A DNA stretch of 64,000 nucleotides. It comes from Fibrobacteria bacterium (lineage in GTDB: Bacteria > Fibrobacterota > Fibrobacteria > UBA5070). The notes beneath the pieces were generated by a model. That model worked only from the letters and a program-made list of their open reading frames with translations. It was not told the origin of the DNA and did no database searches. The stretch is taken from NCBI GenBank assembly GCA_035913415.1, contig JAMIIV010000004.1, forward strand, positions 57,767-121,766, read 5' to 3'. Both the position numbers and the translations under genes were made by a program. Each line of letters begins with the position of its first letter. Position 1 is the stretch's first letter. Positions 41,081 through 49,821 of this stretch are shown here, in pieces.

Positions 41081-41098
41081 ATTCAACTCCCGTGCCAA
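41081..41098 (-). promoter_or_regulatory. candidate sigma-54-like promoter TTGGCACGGGAGTTGAAT (non-canonical -12 TTGA)
   Basis: Perfect -24 TGGCAC. The -12 element is TTGA rather than TTGC. Lies about 85 nt upstream of the 40998 start codon. Confidence 0.25.
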
Positions 41099-41273
41099 TG
41101 TGCCGCACCGCTGGGTACGAGAGATCGAGTGTAGGGTGGTCGCCGGGGAAACGGAACGGTGGGTTCCATCGAGGTACCTGATCCCCCGGAAGTTCCTCCA
41201 AACACCTGGGCCCAAGAAACGAAAGAGGCCGACGTCTTCCGACTTCGGCCTCGCGCGTGTTTGTGGTTGTGGA

Positions 41274-41723
41274 TCAGCGCCCTCGTGGCCCCTCGGCGAC
41301 ACGGTCGCCTCCTCGGTCCCGAGACGTGGTCCGATCCCCGCTGCCGCCGTGATCCCGTCGTGTGTCGTGCGCCGGGGCGGCACGCTGGGGCTCGTGCTGC
41401 CTCTCCCACGGCGTGGCCCGTCGCACCATGTTCGGGCGCTGGTAGGCTGGCGCGTAGCCGTGATGGTATCGAGGAGCGGCATAGACCACCACCGGGTGGT
41501 GGCGGTGTTCCTGAACATAGACCACCCGGGGAGGGCAGTGCCGTGGAGCTTCCCGAACCACGATCACTTCCGGCTCGGGTTCCTGGACCACAATCACCTC
41601 CCTGGGGGGTGGTGCGGGGCGATGGTTCCCTACCGTGATCGTGACGCTGCTGGACGTGAATACAGCCGCGGGGGCCGTGCCTGCCAGCGTGAGCAAAGCG
41701 AGGAAGGCAAGTTGGGTTCTCAT
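41274..41723 (-). CDS. small secreted His/Pro/Arg/Tyr-rich protein (149 aa)
   Basis: Internal Met MRTQLAFLALLTLAGTAPAAVFTSS (signal peptide). GGAGAC ribosome-binding site. Confidence 0.45.
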   Translation of the reverse strand: MRTQLAFLALLTLAGTAPAAVFTSSSVTITVGNHRPAPPPREVIVVQEPEPEVIVVREAPRHCPPRVVYVQEHRHHPVVVYAAPRYHHGYAPAYQRPNMVRRATPWERQHEPQRAAPAHDTRRDHGGSGDRTTSRDRGGDRVAEGPRGR

Positions 41724-41775
41724 GGTGTCTCCGTTGGTTCGGGCCCCGAGGAGGAGCCTCGAGGAGATCGGAGGC

Positions 41776-41793
41776 ATCAACGAATGTGCCAAG
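41776..41793 (-). promoter_or_regulatory. candidate sigma-54-like promoter TTGGCACATTCGTTGATG (non-canonical -12 TTGA)
   Basis: Same architecture as the motif at 41081..41098. Lies about 55 nt upstream of the 41723 start codon. Confidence 0.25.
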
Positions 41794-41883
41794 CCGTGCC
41801 GGGCAGACGTGCCGCAAAAGGGCCCTGCAGGAAATCGGAAGCGGGAGTTCCGGAACCTGCACCCAGCTTCGCCTAGGGGAGGA

Positions 41884-43200
41884 CTACCAGCGCAGCAGCG
41901 ACGTGGCGCGGATTTCCAGGCCGGAGCGCGAGTCTGCCAGCGGATGGGACTCGACGGAGGTGAACGGGAGGTTCCAGGATGCGGAAACCCACCCCGCCCA
42001 AGGTTGTTCCGACCGACCGATGGTCGTGGTCAGGCTGGGGCTCAGGTGGAGTTCCTGGAAGGTGCCCGATTTCTGTGTGGTCGGCGCGTAAATATCGCCG
42101 TTGCGGGAGATGGGAATCAAGATGCCAGGAGTCGAGGTCGGTTCGAGGAAGGTGGTGCCGTCGGGCCAGAGACTCCGCATTCCGGGTACCCAAGTGTCTT
42201 CCTCCAGGGCGGTCAGGGCCTCGAATCCGAGACCTGGGCCGATCCGGAAGAGGCCCGAACCCCAAAGCAATTGGGCGCGCCCCACGAGGCGCAAACGATA
42301 GGGGGACAGGCGCTCCGTGATGTCTCCGTCGTTCCAGGCGCGCAAGGGAACGTCTCGGGTGGACAGGGTGTCGCCTCCATTGGGGAGGTGGGCATAGAAT
42401 AGGCTCAGCGAGTCGATGGCAAGGGTTCGGTTGCCTGTGATCAGCGGCAGGCGCACGTGCTGCCCTCCGATTTCCAGGGAGCTTGACCACGCCCAGGAGC
42501 CGATCTGCTGATCCAAGCCGGTTCCGAAGAGAGCGTCCTGGTTCCCTTCGAGGGACAGACCGACCCGGGAGCCGATCCACCAGTCGGCCTGGGTGTGCAG
42601 CCGCCAAGCCAGGTCCAGGCCGGCGTCAGGGTCGAGGTCGTTGGCCAGCATCAGCCAGGCACGGGTGAGGGTCTCATGCCTCCCAAGGGAGAGGATCCAG
42701 GCGAGTCGGGGCACAAGGGCGCCAATCGTCGCTTCGTTGCCGCGGAAACCGTCCAGGCGCAGACCCGTGACCAGTTGGTGGCGGCCTTTCGAGAGTCTCC
42801 AGCCGTGTTCGGCCAGCACCGATCCGGTCTGGTACGCGCCTCCGGCGGAGTCGGACACATGGGCCGCATCGAGGCGAAGCAACCAGGAGCGAGGGGCTCG
42901 GGAAGCGGAGCGGGAGGGTGGGGCTTTGGGGGAGCGGTCGGGGAGGACCAGCCGGTCCAGAAGCGCGTCGGTCCAGGAGGGGTCGAGAGCGTGTTCGGCG
43001 GGGTCTTGCAGGATGTCGATGGCCAGGAGAGTGTCTCCGGCGGCCAGGAGTTGGTCGACTCTGGTGTGGAGGGAGTCTGCGGCGGGACTGGCGTACACGG
43101 AGACGCTGGAACAAAGCAGAACAAGGCCGAAGAGCTGTCTGCCCTTCGAACCCACACGACTCAAATGCACCGAATCAACGGCGCTTGCGGCCTGACCCAT
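41884..43200 (-). CDS. putative outer-membrane beta-barrel protein (438 aa)
   Basis: Internal Met MGQAASAVDSVHLSRVGSKGRQLFGLVLLCSSVSVYA, preceded by GGGAGG. An alternative GTG start lies at 43152. Alternating amphipathic beta-strand pattern ending with aromatic ...LLRW. Confidence 0.55.
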   Translation of the reverse strand: MGQAASAVDSVHLSRVGSKGRQLFGLVLLCSSVSVYASPAADSLHTRVDQLLAAGDTLLAIDILQDPAEHALDPSWTDALLDRLVLPDRSPKAPPSRSASRAPRSWLLRLDAAHVSDSAGGAYQTGSVLAEHGWRLSKGRHQLVTGLRLDGFRGNEATIGALVPRLAWILSLGRHETLTRAWLMLANDLDPDAGLDLAWRLHTQADWWIGSRVGLSLEGNQDALFGTGLDQQIGSWAWSSSLEIGGQHVRLPLITGNRTLAIDSLSLFYAHLPNGGDTLSTRDVPLRAWNDGDITERLSPYRLRLVGRAQLLWGSGLFRIGPGLGFEALTALEEDTWVPGMRSLWPDGTTFLEPTSTPGILIPISRNGDIYAPTTQKSGTFQELHLSPSLTTTIGRSEQPWAGWVSASWNLPFTSVESHPLADSRSGLEIRATSLLRW

Positions 43201-43609
43201 CCTTTCGAACCTCCCTGAGACGTTCGAACCTCTGGTCGCGTCTCTCTTCCCATCGTTCCCGGGATCCCCCCGAACGGTTTCGCGCTTCCGCTTCGGCTTT
43301 CGCGATGGCGGATTGGTGCGCTTCCAGAAGCTCGCGGTGGAGCCGAATTCGTTCTTCGGGCGGCAGGTCGGCCGCGCGGGTGCGCAGGGCCTGGCGATCC
43401 TGCTGGTACTTGTCGCGGATGGCGGCCAGGTCCTGGCGGAGCTGGGGGTCGTCGGAGCGCTCGGAGCCACGGGACTCGGAGGCCGCGGCCTGCTGCGCCA
43501 CCGGAAGAGTCTGGGCCGAAGCGGGCGACGAGATCAGCAGCAGCGCGAGCACGAAGGCCCAGGGGGCGATGCGACGGGCGCGGGCGAACGGATATCCTGT
43601 GTTGCTCAT
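43175..43609 (-). CDS. small periplasmic Spy/CpxP/ZraP-like helical protein (144 aa)
   Basis: Internal Met MSNTGYPFARARRIAPWAFVLALLLISSPASA (signal peptide). Coiled-coil-like DPQLRQDLAAIRDKYQQDRQALRT... Strong AAGGAAGGAGG ribosome-binding site. Confidence 0.5.
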   Translation of the reverse strand: MSNTGYPFARARRIAPWAFVLALLLISSPASAQTLPVAQQAAASESRGSERSDDPQLRQDLAAIRDKYQQDRQALRTRAADLPPEERIRLHRELLEAHQSAIAKAEAEARNRSGGSRERWEERRDQRFERLREVRKDGSGRKRR

Positions 43610-43641
43610 GGCTCGCCTCCTTCCTTGATCGCATTCATACA

Positions 43642-43660
43642 CGGCAACTCGCGGGCCAAG
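43642..43660 (-). promoter_or_regulatory. sigma-54 promoter TTGGCCCGCGAGTTGCC (-24 GG / -12 GC, canonical spacing)
   Basis: Reverse complement of plus-strand cggcaactcgcgggccaag, about 35 nt upstream of the 43609 start. Confidence 0.4.
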
Positions 43661-43778
43661 TGGTCCGAGACACGGGATTTTGGGACTCCCCAGCCACCAA
43701 GAAAGAAAAAGCGGAACCAGAGGTTCCGCTTCCGGCGAAAAAACCGTTTCCAGCCCCAGAGGCGGGGCCGGAGCAGGC

Positions 43779-44003
43779 TTACTTCTTGCCCTTGGCCTCG
43801 GCCTTGGCCTTGGGGGCCTCGGGGGCCTTCTTGGCGGTGTCCACGGCGGCCGGAGCGACCTTCTTGGCGGAGTCCACGGCGGCCGGAGCGGCGACCACGG
43901 GGGCTGCCGGAGCGGCGGGTGCGGCCGGGGCGGCGGGCTTGGCGGTCTCGGCGGCGATGACGGCGACAGCGGCCACGAGAGCGAAAGCGAGGGTCTTCTT
44001 CAC
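43779..44003 (-). CDS. small secreted Ala/Pro/Lys-rich protein (74 aa, GTG start)
   Basis: (M)KKTLAFALVAAVAVIAAETA signal peptide followed by AAPAAPAAP... and a KAKAEAKGKK tail. GGAG ribosome-binding site 9 nt upstream of the GTG. Confidence 0.4.
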   Translation of the reverse strand: MKKTLAFALVAAVAVIAAETAKPAAPAAPAAPAAPVVAAPAAVDSAKKVAPAAVDTAKKAPEAPKAKAEAKGKK

Positions 44004-44138
44004 GATGAGATTCTCCGGAGGGTGAGATGGGCAACTCCTGCTTCGGGCTGTGGAAAGCCAAGCAGGGGGTGGGACCAGCATACCCCGGTTTTCCCGGATC
44101 CGCCGCTCGATTTTTGAAATCGCGTTGACAAACAAGTC

Positions 44139-44162
44139 ACCTGACTGGCGGAATCCGTCGCG
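44139..44162. promoter_or_regulatory. perfect 24-bp palindrome CGGAATCCGTCGCGACGGATTCCG (candidate dimeric regulator site)
   Basis: Read from the sequence. No flanking T-tract. Adjacent to the left end of repeat copy B. Confidence 0.3.
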
Positions 44163-44173
44163 ACGGATTCCGG

Positions 44174-44444
44174 AATCGATGCGCTCAGAGCCTGGGAAAA
44201 ACCGATGCACCAGTAAGCCGCTCGTCCTGAGGAAGGGCGCCCCTCCCCCGCTCACCCTGAGGCGGCCCTTTGGGCCGTCTCGAAGGGGGAGGGTGGCGGC
44301 GGCACGCTGGGCACAACATCTTGTGACCGCGAATCCACTGCCCGCCCTTCGAGAGCTCTCCTGAGCAAGGTCGAAGGGCGCGAGGCAGAGCCTCGCTCCT
44401 CAGGACGAGCGGTTGATTTCGGCCGCTCCGAGGTTTTTTCTCAC
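44174..44444. repeat. nested-palindromic ~270-bp element, copy B (longer version of copy A at 26573..26763, opposite orientation)
   Basis: CTCAGAGCCTGGGAAAAACC...GCCGCTCGTCCTGAGGA...GGGCACAACATCTTGT...TCCTCAGGACGAGCGG...GGTTTTTTCTCAC. Both ends terminate in U-tracts on the respective strands. Confidence 0.5.
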
Positions 44445-44467
44445 CCTTTCAGGCATGGTGGTGACGG

Positions 44468-46204
44468 TCAGCCTTCGAGGTCGGGAGGGGCGTACATCCC
44501 CAGCCGGCGCAGGAGGTCGCGCAGCACCTTGCGATCGATCCCCAGGATGGCGCCGGCCTGCGTCAGGTTGCCTCCGGAGCGCGCCATGGCCGCTTCCACG
44601 GCCGCGCGTTCGGCGGCCTCGCGCGCCTCGGCGAGGGTGCCCAGGGGAGCTGCGGCCTCGGGCAGGCCCAGGTGCTCGGGAAGGATGCGTTCCCCCGCGG
44701 CCAGCAGGAGCGAACGCTGGATGCTGTTTTCCAGCTCGCGGACGTTTCCTGTCCACGAGTGCCGCAGCAGGGCCTTTTCGGCCGCCCTTCCGAGTCCACC
44801 GAAAGGCACCCCGAATTCGCGGGAGGCCTTGTGGGCGAAGACCCGCGCCAGGGGGAGCACGTCGTCGGGTCGGTCCCTCAAGGGGGGCAGCTTCACGGTC
44901 GCCACGTTCAGCCGGAACAGGAGGTCCTGCCGGAAACGACCTTCGCGGACCAGGGCTTCCAGGTCGCGGTGGGTGGCGGCCACGATCCGCACGTCGACAC
45001 CGATCTCGCGCGAGGATCCGACCTTCCGGATGGTCTTTTCCTGCAGGGCGCGGAGCAGGGCGGCCTGCAGTTGCGCGGGAAGCTCGCCGATCTCGTCGAG
45101 GAACAAGGTGCCTCCGCCGGCGGTCTCGAAGAGACCCATGCGCTCGCCCGTAGCACCGGTGAAGGCGCCGCGCTCGTGGCCGAAAAGCTCGGACTCCATG
45201 AGGGATTCGGGGATCGCGGCGCAGTTGATGGCCACGAAGGGCCCCTGGGCGCGGGGTGAAGACAGGTGGACCAGGCGGGCGAGCTTCTCCTTGCCGGTGC
45301 CCGTTTCACCCAGCACCAGCAGCGGCACGCTGGCCGAGGCGAAGCGGCGGGCGTGGGCGATGGCCGCCAGCATGTTGGGCGCGAAGGCCAGCAGCCCGCC
45401 GTTGGGCTCTCCGCCCAGAAGCGACAGGGCCGCGCGGTCGTCGTGGTGGCGGCGAGCGGCGCCCAGCACGCGGGCCAGCGAGGCGAGCAGCCGGTCGAAG
45501 GCCGCCCGTTCGGGCTCGCCGAAGGGAGCGGCGCGGCCGGTCCGGTGCAGGTAGAGGCAGCCCAGGGGGGCGGTGGCCTCGGTGGCGCGGATCGGGGCGC
45601 ACAGGATGGAGCGGATGTCGGACACCCGCAGCGAAGGACCGGCGAGCGAAGCGCCCTCTTCGCCGGATTCCGACCACAACACCGCCGCGCCGCACTCCAG
45701 GCACGAGCGGACCGCCGAGCGCGAGGGCTTGGGGGCTCCGGTGGAGGGCCAGACGGAAACCGTCTCGGAGAAGTCGTCGCCGCCCAGCAGGGCGCCGCCG
45801 TCGGCGTCGAGATGGGCGGCGGCGAATTCCAGAAGGCGGGGCAGCACCGCCGAGGGGTCGTCGGCTTCGAGGAGGGTCTCGATGGCGGCCAGGACGGGTT
45901 CGACCGGAAGGCGGACGGGCTCGTGGCGGCGCAGGATTAGGACGGTCCCGCCCGAGAGGCGGATCTCGCCGCCATCCACAAGGTCCACGGGAATGCCGGG
46001 GGTGGCCGGTTGCCCTCCGATCCGCAGGCCCTTGACCTGGGGCTCGGCCACGACGCGGTCGGGCAGGCTCAGAAGCTGGACCTCGACGGCCTGGCCGCCC
46101 GGGAGACGCAGGTCGCATCCCGGGCCGGATCCGAGGAGCGAGAGTTTCCTCTCGAGGGGGAGACGGATTCCGTCAACAGTCTGCAGGATCCAGGGATGGG
46201 TCAT
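44468..46204 (-). CDS. sigma-54-dependent transcriptional activator with N-terminal FHA domain (FHA-GAF-AAA+-HTH)
   Basis: Internal Met [34 protein letters not shown] (FHA-like). AAA+ motifs GETGTGKE and [16 protein letters not shown]-terminal Fis-type HTH. ATGA overlap with the kinase stop. Confidence 0.85.
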   Translation of the reverse strand: MTHPWILQTVDGIRLPLERKLSLLGSGPGCDLRLPGGQAVEVQLLSLPDRVVAEPQVKGLRIGGQPATPGIPVDLVDGGEIRLSGGTVLILRRHEPVRLPVEPVLAAIETLLEADDPSAVLPRLLEFAAAHLDADGGALLGGDDFSETVSVWPSTGAPKPSRSAVRSCLECGAAVLWSESGEEGASLAGPSLRVSDIRSILCAPIRATEATAPLGCLYLHRTGRAAPFGEPERAAFDRLLASLARVLGAARRHHDDRAALSLLGGEPNGGLLAFAPNMLAAIAHARRFASASVPLLVLGETGTGKEKLARLVHLSSPRAQGPFVAINCAAIPESLMESELFGHERGAFTGATGERMGLFETAGGGTLFLDEIGELPAQLQAALLRALQEKTIRKVGSSREIGVDVRIVAATHRDLEALVREGRFRQDLLFRLNVATVKLPPLRDRPDDVLPLARVFAHKASREFGVPFGGLGRAAEKALLRHSWTGNVRELENSIQRSLLLAAGERILPEHLGLPEAAAPLGTLAEAREAAERAAVEAAMARSGGNLTQAGAILGIDRKVLRDLLRRLGMYAPPDLEG

Positions 46205-47517
46205 CGAGGGTCTTCGTGGTTCGGAGGAAGGTCTGGCGAGGTGCGAACCTCGCCGAGCCAGACGGTGTCCAGGATCAGGAGGCCGACCGCGTCGCGCAAT
46301 TGGATGCGGTGACGGCCTGTTCCCAGCAGGAGCCGGCCGTCGGAGGGCATGTCGGTGGGGAGGCCGTCCACCCGCAGCGAAGCTCCCGGAGGCAGCGAAG
46401 GCAAGGGGAAGCTCTCGATCGCGGTGGGGCCGAACGGGTGGGAGGGGTCTTCCCAGCCCGGATGCCGCGGAGTGGCACGTACCGGGGCGGTGGTGGCGCG
46501 GGCAGGGAGGCGGGCCCAAAAGGCGATGCCGACCGCCGCCGCCAGCAGGACCGCTCCGAGGAGGATCCAGAAGGATCGGGGTCTTCGGGACGAGGCGCGC
46601 AGGCGTGCGTAGCGCCCCAGATCGGGCAGAAGGGTCTCGGGGTCGTCGGAGCGTTCCAGTCGTTCCCGCTGCCAGCGCCAGGCATCGTTCCAGGCGCCGG
46701 AGGCCTCGGCCTGACGGATGGCTTGGGTGAGCAGGGTTTCCAGGCGAGACCAGGCTTGCCGGCGCAGGCATTCCCGGGGCCAGTCCTGCGGACGGGATCC
46801 CAGGGACCCGGCCAATTCGAGGGCGGTGGGCCGGCACTGCGGGTTCAGGTCGACGGCGCGCGCCACCAGGGGCAGGTCGGTGGCCAAGGACGACAGGCCT
46901 TCCTCGAGCACGGCCGAGGTCCATTCCTCACGGGTGGTCGTCCAGGCATGTGGAATGCGGCCCAACAGGCGCAGGCACAACACACCCAGCGCGAAGACGT
47001 CGGAGGCCGGGGTTGCTGGTCGACCGGCCAGTCGTTCGGGAGAGAGGGTTTCCCAGGTTCCCTGGAGGGGGAGGTCACCGATGGAGGCCATACCCAGGTC
47101 GATGGCCAACACCTCACCGGTGGGGATGGCCAGCAGATTGGCCATCGAGAGATCTCCGTGGACAACATCTCGGGAGTGCAGGGACGCGACGGCCCGTGCG
47201 GCGCTGGACACCAGGGCGAGACGTTCGTTGGCGTCGAGGTCGGGGGGGAGGTTGTCCAGGGGTACGCCGTCGATCCAGCTCATGGCGATCCAGGGGCGGG
47301 AGCTCTCGAGGTTCTTGTCGAGGAGGGCTGGTACGGGGGCGCCAGGAAGGCGCTCCAGGAGTTCGGCTTCGGCGCGCAGTTCGTGGGGGTCGCGGGGGTC
47401 GGTCTTCACGACCACCCATCGCCCGGGGACATCCTGCCACGCCAGCCAGGTGCGGGCTTGTCCGCCGCCGCCCAGGGACACCCCGGCGGAAAAACCCTGG
47501 GGCGGGGAGGGTTTCAC
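46201..47517 (-). CDS. membrane-anchored Hanks-type Ser/Thr protein kinase (atypical catalytic loop)
   Basis: GTG start in a GTGA overlap with the TPR gene stop. Gly loop GVSLGGGGQARTW, the lysine in VVVK, catalytic loop HGDLSMANLL, DLG in place of DFG, one TM helix, and a ~110-aa extracytoplasmic tail. Confidence 0.7.
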   Translation of the reverse strand: MKPSPPQGFSAGVSLGGGGQARTWLAWQDVPGRWVVVKTDPRDPHELRAEAELLERLPGAPVPALLDKNLESSRPWIAMSWIDGVPLDNLPPDLDANERLALVSSAARAVASLHSRDVVHGDLSMANLLAIPTGEVLAIDLGMASIGDLPLQGTWETLSPERLAGRPATPASDVFALGVLCLRLLGRIPHAWTTTREEWTSAVLEEGLSSLATDLPLVARAVDLNPQCRPTALELAGSLGSRPQDWPRECLRRQAWSRLETLLTQAIRQAEASGAWNDAWRWQRERLERSDDPETLLPDLGRYARLRASSRRPRSFWILLGAVLLAAAVGIAFWARLPARATTAPVRATPRHPGWEDPSHPFGPTAIESFPLPSLPPGASLRVDGLPTDMPSDGRLLLGTGRHRIQLRDAVGLLILDTVWLGEVRTSPDLPPNHEDPR

Positions 47518-48272
47518 GGCGTGGACAGTCCCAGGGAATCGCGCAGGCGTTGGACGGATTGCTGGAACCAGGCCTGTCCGGGAGATCGTCGAAGTCCTTC
47601 TTCCCAGTACAACAAGGCGCCTTCCGGGTCGCCGTCCTTCTCGGCGAGTTCTCCCAGGCTCGCCCAGGCGGGCAGGTAGGCGCTGTCGGCGGCGATGGCC
47701 CGCGTGAACCAGCGTTCGGCGGCGACGGCGTCGCCTTCGCTTCGCGCCAGGGTTCCCAGGTACTGGGCCGAAGGGGCGTGGGGAGCCAGGGTGGCCTGCG
47801 CTTGTTCGGCGGCGTTGCGGGCTTGCGGGATGCGCCCTTCGCGCTGCCAGCACAACGCGGCCTGGAACAGGGCGTCGGCGCGGTCATGGCTGGTGGACAG
47901 CGCGCTGTCCAGGCGCTCGACGATGGCGAAGTCGCGTGCCACCGACAGCCAACGCGAAGCCGAGTCGAGGCTGGCTTCGGCCGCTTCGCGCTCGCGACCG
48001 GCGCGTGCCAGGGCCAGTCCCATGCGGGCTTCGGCTCGGGAGGGATCCTTTTCGACCAGGTGATCGTAGAGCGCGATGGCGCGTGGCCAGTCTTCCAGTT
48101 GCAGCAACAGATCGGCGCGTTCCAGCTCGGGTTCGCGGCATCCGGCCAGCCCCAGAGCACCCCACAAAAGCAACGATTGGCCCCCGTTCAGGAGCCAACG
48201 CGAGATCGAGGAGCGCTTGCGGCTTGGGTTTTCGATATTGGAGGGTCTCGTGACCAAGGAAAGACCGATCAT
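47514..48272 (-). CDS. TPR-repeat lipoprotein
   Basis: Internal Met of ORF 47514..49709. ...LLLWGALGLAGC lipobox and at least three TPR-like repeats. The start overlaps the divergent bioH start by about 23 nt, so the start is uncertain. Confidence 0.6.
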   Translation of the reverse strand: MIGLSLVTRPSNIENPSRKRSSISRWLLNGGQSLLLWGALGLAGCREPELERADLLLQLEDWPRAIALYDHLVEKDPSRAEARMGLALARAGREREAAEASLDSASRWLSVARDFAIVERLDSALSTSHDRADALFQAALCWQREGRIPQARNAAEQAQATLAPHAPSAQYLGTLARSEGDAVAAERWFTRAIAADSAYLPAWASLGELAEKDGDPEGALLYWEEGLRRSPGQAWFQQSVQRLRDSLGLSTP

Positions 48273-48921
48273 CTGGATCGGAGGCTGGGCCTCCGACATG
48301 CACTGCTGGGAAGATACTCTGGAAGCGGCCCTGTCGGGTTTCCGCCCACGGTACGTCTCGGCCCACACCGTTCTCGGAGGCATCGACCGCCTGCAGGGCC
48401 TGCTCGAGGCGTCCGGCCCCGGCACCGTGCTGGCAGGCTGGTCCATGGGGGTTTTGCTGGTCGAGCGCCTGCTGCGCGACGGACTGGTTCCCCCCGAGAT
48501 GCCGGTCATCCGGGTCTGCCCGTTCCTGGACTTCTGCGATCCTGCCGGCCCCTGGAAACCCCGCGTGCTGCACCGCATGAGCCATCGGCTCTTCGGAGAC
48601 GCCCACGGTGTGCTCGAAGATTTCGCCGACCTGGCGGGTATCCCCCAGGGCCCGCTGCGCCGGATCTGGCTGGACCAGGCCACGCAACTGGGAGAAGACA
48701 ATCTCGTCGAAGGCCTGGAGGTGCTGGGGGAACTGCGGTTTGCGGGTCCCTGGGCCCCGGCGCGTGGGGGGTTCATCGTTTCGCCCGACGATGCCGTCAG
48801 CCCTGCCACACCCACACCTGCGGAATTCACCCGCACGATGCCTCGCGGATCGGGCCATGTGCCCTTCCTGGCGCACCCGCAGGCCTTCCAGCAGGCGCTG
48901 CAGGAACTGGTCGGGCCGTGA
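48250..48921 (+). CDS. bioH: BioH-like alpha/beta-hydrolase (pimeloyl-ACP methyl ester esterase candidate)
   Basis: ...PIIWIGGWASDMHCWE aligns, from memory, with the E. coli BioH HLVLLHGWGLNAEVW region. Nucleophile elbow GWSMG. GTG start after GGAGGG, with alternative TTG starts upstream. Confidence 0.55.
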   Translation: MTKERPIIWIGGWASDMHCWEDTLEAALSGFRPRYVSAHTVLGGIDRLQGLLEASGPGTVLAGWSMGVLLVERLLRDGLVPPEMPVIRVCPFLDFCDPAGPWKPRVLHRMSHRLFGDAHGVLEDFADLAGIPQGPLRRIWLDQATQLGEDNLVEGLEVLGELRFAGPWAPARGGFIVSPDDAVSPATPTPAEFTRTMPRGSGHVPFLAHPQAFQQALQELVGP

Positions 48922-49703
48922 AGAACTGGAGGGCGATGCGCTTCGATCGCGCCTCGGGCACCTACGAACACGTCACGCCGGTCCAGGCCGACATGGCACA
49001 CCGTCTGGCGGGGCTCGTCCCGGTCGACTCCCCGCCCGCCCGGGTGCTGGAACTGGGCTGCGGCACGGGTCATCTGACGCGGGCGCTGCTGCGCCGTCTT
49101 CCCGCTTCGACCTTCGTGGTCACCGATCTCGCGCCGGGCATGCTCTCGGCCTGTGCCGAGCGGTTGAACGAACTCGATCGCGACCGGGTGGAGCTGCGGG
49201 AGCTGGACGCCCGCGCCCCGCGCCTGGACGAGTCCTTCGATCTGCTCGCCTCGTCGGCGGTGGTCCAGTGGTTTCCCGACTTGGCAGGCCATCTGCGCGC
49301 CTGCCGAGCGTTGCTGCGGCCGGGTGGCCGATACGCACTCTCGGGATTCTGTCGCGGCAACTTCCCCGAGCTGGAGGCCCTGCTGTCCACGCCGCCATGG
49401 GATTTCCCGGAGCCTCCGGGCCACGCGTTGTCGCATGCCGAAGCCCAGGCCAAGGAGGCAGGATTCGAGGTGGTGCTGCGCGAAGACGCCGCCGTGGAGC
49501 TGGTCTATCCTTCGGCGCTGGAATTCCTGCGCGCCATCGCCCTGGCGGGCGCCTCCCGAGCTCCGCGCGAGGGACGTCCGCTCACCCGTGCCCTGCTGCG
49601 GCGGCTGCTGGATACATACGATGCGCGCAACGCGGTGGCGGGTGGTGTGAAAGCCACCTGGAAGCCCTGGTTCCTGCTGCTGCGCGTCCCCGCCGCGACC
49701 TGA
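48918..49703 (+). CDS. bioC: malonyl-ACP O-methyltransferase BioC
   Basis: GTGA overlap with the bioH stop. RFDRASGTYEHVTPVQADMAHRL aligns with the BioC N-terminus. SAM motif LELGCGTG. Confidence 0.7.
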   Translation: MKNWRAMRFDRASGTYEHVTPVQADMAHRLAGLVPVDSPPARVLELGCGTGHLTRALLRRLPASTFVVTDLAPGMLSACAERLNELDRDRVELRELDARAPRLDESFDLLASSAVVQWFPDLAGHLRACRALLRPGGRYALSGFCRGNFPELEALLSTPPWDFPEPPGHALSHAEAQAKEAGFEVVLREDAAVELVYPSALEFLRAIALAGASRAPREGRPLTRALLRRLLDTYDARNAVAGGVKATWKPWFLLLRVPAAT

Positions 49704-49821
49704 CGGCAACTGCCTTCAGGCGGGTTCTTTACCGGGAATTCCGTGATCGAGCCACTTGCCGGTGGTCGAGCTTGTCGAGACCGGCCGCGCTGGTCTCGAC
49801 AGGCTCGACCACCGGAAAATG

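Noticed and set aside
46950-49703. 917-aa plus-strand ORF
   Set aside because: Arg/Gly-rich shadow of the minus-strand kinase and TPR genes. Only the final 261 codons (BioC) are genuine.
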